DNA of 39,044 nt from Bacteroidota bacterium (GTDB lineage: Bacteria > Bacteroidota > Bacteroidia > NS11-12g > UBA955): NCBI GenBank assembly GCA_009918425.1, contig RGEC01000002.1, forward strand, positions 1 through 39,044, read 5' to 3'. The notes below the pieces were generated by a model, which worked only from the letters and a program-made list of their open reading frames with translations, did no database searches and was not told the DNA's origin. Position numbers and translations under genes: made by a program. Below are positions 32,249 through 39,044 of this stretch, piece after piece. Positions within the stretch are counted from its first letter, which is position 1. Each line of letters starts with the position of its first letter.

Positions 32249-33957
32249 TAAGATTCGGCAGTTTTCTGCTGCCGTTACTTTGGGTAGCCTGGGGTTGCGG
32301 TACCCGTAAACCCGTTCCTGCTGCTTCCTCCAGAGCCACCGATACCGTATCGCTGCGCGAAATGTACTATGCAGCAGAGTTTCACTATATCCAGGAAAAC
32401 TGGAAACAGGCAGACTCATTGTTCAGGCGTTATATCCGAAGCAATATGCCATCCGGACCTGCATACCATCGTCTTGCCTGTATTGCCTATAAAACCGGAA
32501 AAATTGATGAAGCGCTTGCCCTCAATGCCAAGGCGCGAAAGGCAGATACTTCGGTGGAGGCGTGGATATGGCTGGATGCAGAACTCTACCGTCGCAAAAG
32601 TGAATTTGTAAAGGCCGGTGATATTTATGCAGCTTACACGGTAAAGCACCCACGCGCCTGGACCGTATATAACGATGCAGCCCGATGCTATACAATGGGT
32701 GGTTATGATCCATCCGTTCTTGAATTATGTGATCGCTGGGAAAAAGCGTTTGGGCTTATGGAAACCATTGTAGAGTTCAGGGTTCAGAGCCTGGGCCGCA
32801 TGGAAGAACCGGAAAAAGCCGCAGCGCAATGGGCAGCACTCAGGCGAAAGTATCCTGATCGCCGCTATTATCGCTACAATCAGATAAATACACTGAGGGA
32901 ATACGGATCCACAGATTTGGCTAAACAATTGCTGGATACCCTATTGCAACAAGATCCTCAGGACTTTGAACTTCAGGCCTTGTATTGTGAGATGAATACA
33001 GGGTATGATACCATCATTTCACCATACATTGAGCAAATTGCGCAAACACAGGGAATGTCTTTTGAATCTAAGTGGAAATGCCTGCAAAAATTCATAAGCC
33101 CCACAATCCCTGCTTATGATTCCTGCGAGCAGATGCTCCGTATGCTATGTAAGGCCCATCCAAAAGAGCCTGAAGCCCTGAAAGCACTGGGGTTATGGTG
33201 CCTGTATCACGGCAAGGCCGGTGATGCGGCAAAATTCCTTAGACAGACCCTCAACGAAGAGGAGCAGTCTCTTTTGTTGTGGCAACAATATTTAACAGCA
33301 TTATCTGCAGGTTGTGAAGTAGGAAAAATGCTTTCAGAAACAGATACACTGCTCGAATTGTATTCCATGGTGCCGGAAAGCTATCAGATGAAAGCCATTT
33401 CTTTTCTAATAAATGGCATGAGAGACGATGCGTTACGCTCCTGCACTGATGGTGAGCGAATTTCTGATCATAATACAAGGCTGGTGGCATTAAAAAATTA
33501 CATTTTGATTCAGGCAGGGAAAAAGGAACAGGATCTGGAAATTGATTATGTATCTCAGCCAAATCACACAAATGCTGTTATGGCTTCCGTAGAACTGGCA
33601 TTAAGCCAGGAGAACTGGGAGAAAGCTGAATCATTGCTGAAGGGAATTTTTGATGACCCTGAAAATCTTGAGGCCCGAAGCTATGGTAAGGATAATGATG
33701 GTAACGGCTGGGCCTTTTTTCAATGTGTGTTGCAACAAGGTCGCTTGGCTTTAATTACAGGGAAAAATAAAGCTTCGGCTATCCATTGGCTGAATAAATT
33801 TTTACCTGAAAGTCCTGTGGCATTAGAATTGATGGGAGATTTATATGGATCACAGCAAAGCGAAGCTCTAAACTGCTACGAAAAAGCGTTGCCATGCACA
33901 ACGGGTTCCAACAGGGTTAGAATTCAGGATAAAATAAACCATTATAAAAATCGTTAG
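32245..33957 (+). CDS. TPR-repeat (lipo)protein
   Basis: 4-nt overlap with the upstream gene and a possible lipobox VAWGC. It is helical and repeat-rich with TPR-like A/Y/L periodicity. Confidence 0.55.
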   Translation: MIRFGSFLLPLLWVAWGCGTRKPVPAASSRATDTVSLREMYYAAEFHYIQENWKQADSLFRRYIRSNMPSGPAYHRLACIAYKTGKIDEALALNAKARKADTSVEAWIWLDAELYRRKSEFVKAGDIYAAYTVKHPRAWTVYNDAARCYTMGGYDPSVLELCDRWEKAFGLMETIVEFRVQSLGRMEEPEKAAAQWAALRRKYPDRRYYRYNQINTLREYGSTDLAKQLLDTLLQQDPQDFELQALYCEMNTGYDTIISPYIEQIAQTQGMSFESKWKCLQKFISPTIPAYDSCEQMLRMLCKAHPKEPEALKALGLWCLYHGKAGDAAKFLRQTLNEEEQSLLLWQQYLTALSAGCEVGKMLSETDTLLELYSMVPESYQMKAISFLINGMRDDALRSCTDGERISDHNTRLVALKNYILIQAGKKEQDLEIDYVSQPNHTNAVMASVELALSQENWEKAESLLKGIFDDPENLEARSYGKDNDGNGWAFFQCVLQQGRLALITGKNKASAIHWLNKFLPESPVALELMGDLYGSQQSEALNCYEKALPCTTGSNRVRIQDKINHYKNR

Positions 33958-33964
33958 ATAGACA

Positions 33965-34735
33965 TTGAAAAACATCATATTTTTCCTCGCATTCTTTTCT
34001 TTGGCCGGGGCCTGTAAGTCTAAAAAAGCTGTGATAACAACCCAGCCGGTCACAATAGGCAACCATAATGCTGATAGTGTTAGTGTTGTCGCCCTTAAAG
34101 GAGACAATATTAATCGAAAAAGCTGGAACTATTTTTCTGACAGGCTCAACATTGATTATGTTTCAGGAGATGGAGGGGAAATGAGCGGTACCCTGAGTCT
34201 GAGAATGCGTAATGACAGTATTCTCTGGTTTTCCGTGTCTGTAGCTTTCGGAATTCAGGTGGCAAAGGGAATTATAACCCGCGATAGTGTGTTGGTGCTG
34301 GACCTCTACCACAAAGAATATATGCGTCTGGGGATCCAGGATTTATCCACCATGCTGGGAGCTTCTGTTTCACTTAGAGAACTTCAAAATCTAATTGTTT
34401 CCAATCCGATTTTTGATACAACATTTTACCAAAAGGACATTCCCAGCGGTGGGTGGTATTCTGCAAAACCTCCAATTACCAATGTGATTTTCACCAACAG
34501 TAACGGCAATATAGATACAAGCTTCATTGCCGAAAAAGAAAAGAACAGGCAAATTAAGGTTATTTATGAAGGAGAGCAAAGATCCGGATCCTTCTCAGTG
34601 CCACAGCAGATGCAGCTTATAGCCATTGGTGACAAAAATACTGTACGCTTGCAGGCATCGTTTACAAACCCCAGTGATGCGTTTATACCTTCGTACCCGT
34701 TCAGTATTCCATCGGGATACACACCCAAAAAATAG
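33965..34735 (+). CDS. DUF4292-like (LolB-fold) lipoprotein
   Basis: TTG start and lipobox LAGAC. It sits in the conserved Bacteroidota order TPR, DUF4292, M23. Confidence 0.55.
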   Translation: MKNIIFFLAFFSLAGACKSKKAVITTQPVTIGNHNADSVSVVALKGDNINRKSWNYFSDRLNIDYVSGDGGEMSGTLSLRMRNDSILWFSVSVAFGIQVAKGIITRDSVLVLDLYHKEYMRLGIQDLSTMLGASVSLRELQNLIVSNPIFDTTFYQKDIPSGGWYSAKPPITNVIFTNSNGNIDTSFIAEKEKNRQIKVIYEGEQRSGSFSVPQQMQLIAIGDKNTVRLQASFTNPSDAFIPSYPFSIPSGYTPKK

Positions 34736-34737
34736 AA

Positions 34738-36006
34738 ATGCTGCGTCTCTGTATCCTTTGGATTCTTCTAGTTATGCTTCCTGTAACGGGATTTTCCCAG
34801 TCGAGGAAGGAATTGGAGAAGAAACGTAAGAAGGTACAGGATGAAATACAGTACACACGCAATATTTTGCAGAAAACAAGTGCCCAGAAAAGTGCAACAT
34901 TGCACAAGATTGGTGCGTTGAATCGTATCATTGAACAGCAGGGCGAGGTAATAAATGGTCTAAAATCTGAGTTGAATGAAGCAGATGTAGAAATCGAGAA
35001 GCAAAATATGAATTTGGAGCAGTTGAAATCATCCTATAATGCTGAGCGTTTTAAACTGCGCAAGACCATAGTTAAGGCGTATAAAAATCGTAAATCTGCA
35101 AATAAACTTGCCTTTGTTTTTTCTGCAGCCTCTTTTCGTCAGGCAATGCGCAGAATTCAATACCTGAACAGGCTGTCTGATTACCGGAAGCAGCAAATTG
35201 GAATTTTGGAGAATAAGGCTGCTGACGTGAAGAATGGTCTTATGGCGCTAGAGGAGATTCGGCAAGAAAAAACCGGAATTCTGCTTTCGGAAAAAAAAGA
35301 GCAGCAGCAACTCGAGGTTGACAGAAGCCAGAAAACCATGCTGGTTAAGTCTCTTGCAGGAAAAGAAGCCGAGTTGCGCAAAAAAATCAAACAAAATGAA
35401 AAAGCCATAGCCAGGCTCAACTCAGCCATCTCAGCCATGATTGCCAAAGAAATTGCTGCGGCAAGAAAAAGAGCACGGCAGCAGACAAGCAGGGATAATA
35501 CCTCTACTGCGTCAGCATCACCAAGAACATCCGGCAGTAAGACGGCACGTTCCTCAGGGGAGATACTTTTAACCCCGGAAGCCAGGGTTATCAGCAATAA
35601 TTTTGCTTCCGGCAGGGGGAGTTTGCCCTGGCCGGTTGAGCGCGGCTATATATCACAGTATTTTGGTGTTCATCCACATCCCGATCTGGCGGGTATAACA
35701 CTTGTCAATAATGGCGTGGATATTACTACATCCGAGGGCAGTACTGCCCGTGCTGTGTTCAAGGGCACTGTTTCTGCGATTCTGGAAATTCCTGGACAAG
35801 AAAAGGCTATTTTGCTCAATCATGGGGAATATTATACGGTCTACAGCCGGCTCAGTCAGGTTTTTGTGAGCCGTGGGCAGCAAGTAGAAGCCAAACAGTC
35901 TCTGGGCAAAGTATGGACTGATGACGAATCCAAAACCATTCTTCAGTTTCAGCTCTGGCAGGGGCAGGCCAAGCTCAATCCTGCCGGCTGGCTGACTTCG
36001 CGTTAA
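34738..36006 (+). CDS. Murein hydrolase activator / peptidase M23 (EnvC-like: coiled coil plus LytM domain)
   Basis: A long coiled-coil N-terminal half is followed by the C-terminal GVDITTSEGSTARAVFKGTVS...HGEYYTVYSRL. Confidence 0.85.
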   Translation: MLRLCILWILLVMLPVTGFSQSRKELEKKRKKVQDEIQYTRNILQKTSAQKSATLHKIGALNRIIEQQGEVINGLKSELNEADVEIEKQNMNLEQLKSSYNAERFKLRKTIVKAYKNRKSANKLAFVFSAASFRQAMRRIQYLNRLSDYRKQQIGILENKAADVKNGLMALEEIRQEKTGILLSEKKEQQQLEVDRSQKTMLVKSLAGKEAELRKKIKQNEKAIARLNSAISAMIAKEIAAARKRARQQTSRDNTSTASASPRTSGSKTARSSGEILLTPEARVISNNFASGRGSLPWPVERGYISQYFGVHPHPDLAGITLVNNGVDITTSEGSTARAVFKGTVSAILEIPGQEKAILLNHGEYYTVYSRLSQVFVSRGQQVEAKQSLGKVWTDDESKTILQFQLWQGQAKLNPAGWLTSR

Positions 36007-36025
36007 ATTCTTTATATTTGTATAG

Positions 36026-36868
36026 ATGAAAGTAGGTGTAGCTGGAGCAGGCGTTATGGGAGCCGGTATTGCCCTCAGCAGTATTCAGGCCGGTTATGCA
36101 ACATTGCTTTTTGATGTCAGCGAATCTGCGCTGGAAAAAGGGAGAGCCTACATCCAAAAGGAACTGGACAAGTCTGTAGAGAAAGGTAAAATAGCTCCCG
36201 AGAAAGCTTCTGAAATGCTTGCGTTGCTAAAAACTGTGAGTGATGTAGCCGCGCTTCAGGCGGATATTATCATTGAAGCGGTTCTTGAAAACCTGGAAGT
36301 TAAACAGGTACTTTTTAGAGAGCTTGAAAATGTAAATTCCCCGGATACCATTTTGGCCACCAATACCAGTTCCATACCTATTACACAGATAGCTCGTGGA
36401 TTGCAGCATCCCCAACGGGTTGTTGGCGTTCACTTTTTTAATCCGGCACATATCATGAAACTGGTGGAAATTATTTCCGGTGCCGAAACCGATTGTGAAG
36501 TGGCTCTAAAAGCATTTCGGTGGGCTGAATCGCTGGGTAAAAAGGCAGTGTATGCTGCAGACGCTCCCGGCTTTATTGTGAACCGTGTGGCAAGACACTA
36601 CTATGTGGAAGGTTTGAAAATTTTGGAAGAACAGGTTGCCTCTATGGAAAGCATTGACCGATTGTGTGAAGCTTCCGGCTTTAAAATGGGGCCTTTCAGG
36701 TTGATGGATTTGATTGGAGTTGACACCAATTATTCGGTTACCAGCTCTATGTTTACGCTTTTTGGGCACGATGCCAAGTTTCGTCCCAGTAGGATACAGA
36801 AGCAAAAAGTAGATGCCGGACATCACGGTCGCAAAACAGGTCAGGGTTTTTATCGATATGAGGGCTAG
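36026..36868 (+). CDS. 3-hydroxyacyl-CoA / 3-hydroxybutyryl-CoA dehydrogenase
   Basis: Rossmann motif VGVAGAGVMGAGIA, plus NTSSIPIT, HFFNPAHIMKLVE and GFIVNRV. Confidence 0.88.
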   Translation: MKVGVAGAGVMGAGIALSSIQAGYATLLFDVSESALEKGRAYIQKELDKSVEKGKIAPEKASEMLALLKTVSDVAALQADIIIEAVLENLEVKQVLFRELENVNSPDTILATNTSSIPITQIARGLQHPQRVVGVHFFNPAHIMKLVEIISGAETDCEVALKAFRWAESLGKKAVYAADAPGFIVNRVARHYYVEGLKILEEQVASMESIDRLCEASGFKMGPFRLMDLIGVDTNYSVTSSMFTLFGHDAKFRPSRIQKQKVDAGHHGRKTGQGFYRYEG

Positions 36869-37304
36869 TTTTTTTCTATTGTCATTTCTTTTGATTTTCC
36901 TGTTAGCCTGCCGGAACAATAATACCACGGAAGCCATCCCGACTGGCCCCGTAAACATTACCCTTGATCTGAATTTGCTGGATAATCAGCATTTGCTGGT
37001 GCCGGGTAATTTTGCCTATGCGGAAGGCGGGGTGAAGGGGGTTTTAATAATTCATGATTACGACGATACATGGTATGCTTTTGAAAGGACATGTGCTTGG
37101 CAGCCCCTCAATGCCTGCTCACAATTATGGGTAGATACCCAGGCTATACAAATCAAATGCGGTAAGTATTCTGCAAACCAATTCCAGGCCTGCTGTGAGA
37201 GCCGATTTATGTTCAACGGACTGCCGCTAAAAGGCCCTGCAAACGCTTCAATAGCCAGATACAACATAAGCCGAAGCGGAAATTTATTGTATATTTACAA
37301 TTGA
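36858..37304 (+). CDS. Small lipoprotein with a Rieske-fold-like pattern that lacks the His ligands
   Basis: Start moved to MRASFFLL (ATG 36858, overlapping the hbd stop). Lipobox FLLAC. The segments ERTCAWQ and ACCESRF occupy the positions of the Rieske CxH and CxxH motifs. Confidence 0.45.
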   Translation: MRASFFLLSFLLIFLLACRNNNTTEAIPTGPVNITLDLNLLDNQHLLVPGNFAYAEGGVKGVLIIHDYDDTWYAFERTCAWQPLNACSQLWVDTQAIQIKCGKYSANQFQACCESRFMFNGLPLKGPANASIARYNISRSGNLLYIYN

Positions 37305-37432
37305 TCTAAATTCTATCTGATACGATGAGTATCAAGCAGTAAACCGTGTTTTTTGTGACACTGACATGACATAAGTGGTGTTAAAGACCACAATAAAATT
37401 TTTCAAAAAAGTTTTTTTTTGTCCGAAGTTCT

Positions 37433-37440
37433 TATATTTG
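37433..37440 (+). promoter_or_regulatory. -7 promoter element TATATTTG upstream of the OmpA-family gene
   Basis: It matches TAnnTTTG and lies 39 nt upstream of ATG 37479, with an A-rich leader. Confidence 0.45.
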
Positions 37441-37478
37441 TTGCCTAATAAACACATTTAATACAAAAAAAACAGCTT

Positions 37479-39044
37479 ATGATGCATAAATACCTCGGAC
37501 GTTTTTTTACCACAGCGTTAGCTATGTCAGCCCTTATGGCCGCACAGGCTCAGACCGCTGATGCCCCGATGAGTGTTGAAGCCAATTTTGGCCTAAGAGA
37601 ATATCTGGGAGATCAGGGGTCATCCCTGTTTTTCGCAAGAAAACCAGACTATCAGGGTGGCGGCTTTAACTTCGGTTATTATCTCAATCCGATGTTTGAC
37701 GGTGTGGTAAATTTTAGCGCCGGTGATGTGGGTTACAAAAGAGAAGTTTCATGGCAGACTGAGCCCTGGAAATACCAGTCTTTCCGCGCCAACACCATGG
37801 ATCTTACGTTGGGTGCACGTTTCAAGCTTAACTCTTTCTTCAATGAGGATTCTAAGGTAATTCCATATTTATATGGTGGCTTTGGCGGGTATTACGTTCA
37901 CAGTCAGGTTCGTTGGGGTAACCAAAACGAAATTCAGAATGCGATTACTGAAATGGGTGCTGCTGTTCAGGGTGGAATGGGTATATCCTTTAATTTGAGC
38001 GACCGTATTGGTCTTCGCTGGTCGTGGACTGCTACGTATACCATGAATGATCGCTGGGATGGTGCCAACCAGCCCGGTGATGCTGACCCTTCAATGCCTT
38101 TGGTAAATAGACTTTGGAAAACCAACGATATGTGGGGTTACCATGCCATTGGCATTACCATGGCGTTGGGTGAAAGCAAAGGTCCAAGCAAGTGCAAGGA
38201 TAAAGATGAGGACGGCGTTTGCGACAAATATGATGTATGCAAAAACACTCCCGAGAAATATCGTAAGTATGTGGACAGCGTAGGTTGCCCGGCTGACCGC
38301 GACCGCGACTCTGTTTACGATGCTGATGATGCCTGCCCGGATGTAAAAGGTCTCAGGAAATTCGCAGGATGCCCCGATACAGACGGAGACGGAATCGAAG
38401 ATAGTAAAGACAAATGTCCTAAGGATGCCGGCAGTGCAGAAAGCGGCGGATGCCCTGACCGTGATGGTGACGGCGTGCTCGACAAGGACGACAAATGCCC
38501 AACCGTGGCCGGAGTTCTTGCCCTCAATGGCTGTCCTGACCGCGATGGAGACGGTGTTGAAGACGGTGCTGATAAGTGCCCCGATCTGGCCGGAAGTATA
38601 ACCGGTGAAGGTTGTCCAGATTCAGATGGTGACGGAGTATTCGACAACGTTGATAAGTGTCCTAACAAACCCGGTATCGCTGCCAACAAAGGTTGTCCTG
38701 AAATCAAGGTTGAAACCAAAAAGGCCATCGAACAGGCTGCTAAGAATATCTTCTTTGAAACCAACAAAGACGTTCTTAAGACAGAATCTTATGATGATGT
38801 CGATCGTCTGGTTAAAATCCTGAAAGAATACTCGGAAGCTTCTGTTACTATTGAGGGTCACACAGATTCTGATGGGGATCCTGCCAAGAACCTGGAATTG
38901 TCTCAGCGCCGTGCAGATGCCATTGTGGTTTATATGCTTAGCAAAGGAATCTCGCCTGAGCGTATGAGGGCTGTTGGTTTTGGTGACACCCGTCCGAAAG
39001 TTCCCAATACCAGTGTGCTGAACAAAGCCACCAACCGTCGTGTT
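37479..39044 (+). CDS. OmpA family outer-membrane protein (N-terminal beta-barrel, thrombospondin type-3 Ca-binding repeats, OmpA_C domain), 3-prime partial
   Basis: This frame is open to the window end and is not in the ORF track. It starts MMHKYLGRFFTTALAMSALMAAQAQ. It has about seven repeats of C-P-D-x-D-G-D-G-V-x-D-x-x-D-K-C-P. OmpA motifs present are TIEGHTDSDGD, NLELSQRRA and NRRV. Confidence 0.9.
   Translation, partial: MMHKYLGRFFTTALAMSALMAAQAQTADAPMSVEANFGLREYLGDQGSSLFFARKPDYQGGGFNFGYYLNPMFDGVVNFSAGDVGYKREVSWQTEPWKYQSFRANTMDLTLGARFKLNSFFNEDSKVIPYLYGGFGGYYVHSQVRWGNQNEIQNAITEMGAAVQGGMGISFNLSDRIGLRWSWTATYTMNDRWDGANQPGDADPSMPLVNRLWKTNDMWGYHAIGITMALGESKGPSKCKDKDEDGVCDKYDVCKNTPEKYRKYVDSVGCPADRDRDSVYDADDACPDVKGLRKFAGCPDTDGDGIEDSKDKCPKDAGSAESGGCPDRDGDGVLDKDDKCPTVAGVLALNGCPDRDGDGVEDGADKCPDLAGSITGEGCPDSDGDGVFDNVDKCPNKPGIAANKGCPEIKVETKKAIEQAAKNIFFETNKDVLKTESYDDVDRLVKILKEYSEASVTIEGHTDSDGDPAKNLELSQRRADAIVVYMLSKGISPERMRAVGFGDTRPKVPNTSVLNKATNRRV
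38195..38705 (+). repeat. Thrombospondin type-3-like coding repeats (Asp/Cys-rich)
   Basis: The unit CPD(R/T/S)DGDG(V/I)xDxxDKCP recurs. The coordinates are approximate. Confidence 0.75.

Noticed and set aside
35181-35597. A 138-aa minus-strand ORF within the M23/EnvC-like gene
   Set aside because: It is antisense to the coiled-coil region. Its low-complexity Leu/Ser/Ala translation is typical of reverse frames of Lys/Glu-rich coiled coils.
36506-36958. A 150-aa minus-strand ORF across the hbd 3-prime end
   Set aside because: It is antisense to the well-supported 3-hydroxyacyl-CoA dehydrogenase gene and the downstream lipoprotein start.
38315-38767. A 150-aa minus-strand ORF with repeated SSTPSPSRSGQP-like units
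   Set aside because: It is the reverse-complement shadow of the thrombospondin type-3 repeats in the OmpA-family gene. The periodicity is inherited from the sense strand.

Overview
This is a 39-kb chromosomal segment that looks like a Bacteroidota genome. Supporting signs are T9SS-type C-terminal sorting domains, DUF1573/DUF4249/DUF4292/DUF4286-type genes, TAnnTTTG -7 promoter boxes, no Shine-Dalgarno sequences, and many lipoproteins. All calls come from reading the sequence and ORF translations by eye; no BLAST or HMM search was run, so every family name is motif-level recognition.

Layout, in order:
- Three tandem DUF1573 paralogues (minus strand, 30-1336).
- A tightly coupled 10-gene plus-strand operon (1551-11968). 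It encodes a Nudix/NrtR-like regulator, a clan GH-A glycosidase, two paralogous plug-less predicted outer-membrane beta-barrels, two CBM-like secreted proteins, a GH3 and a GH16-like enzyme. This reads as a beta-glucan utilisation locus without a SusC/SusD pair.
- A convergent T9SS-secreted protein with four roughly 110-aa carbohydrate-binding-like repeats (12022-13686).
- An STN-domain TonB-dependent receptor plus DUF4249 pair, then DUF4197 and GtrA genes.
- A decayed ldcA pseudogene, xseB and xseA, a Kelch propeller and a lipoprotein.
- A class-II Fic protein, purS, DUF4286, a small secreted C2-like protein and an AT-rich Abi_2-like gene.
- tRNA 2-selenouridine synthase, an SDR, and a 536-bp intergenic region packed with small GC hairpins.
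- An S46 dipeptidyl-peptidase gene whose catalytic-serine segment is deleted.
- A methyltransferase, a nucleotidyltransferase, a TPR/DUF4292/M23 block, hbd, a Rieske-like lipoprotein and a 3-prime-truncated OmpA/TSP3 gene.

The strongest signal seen directly in the sequence is a 19-bp palindrome, TATTGT-N7-ACAATA, present in four perfect copies. One overlaps the -7 box of the regulator/operon promoter, one lies at the 5-prime end of the GH3 gene, and two sit in tandem upstream of the T9SS repeat protein. This links the SusCD-less operon and the secreted repeat protein into one candidate regulon.
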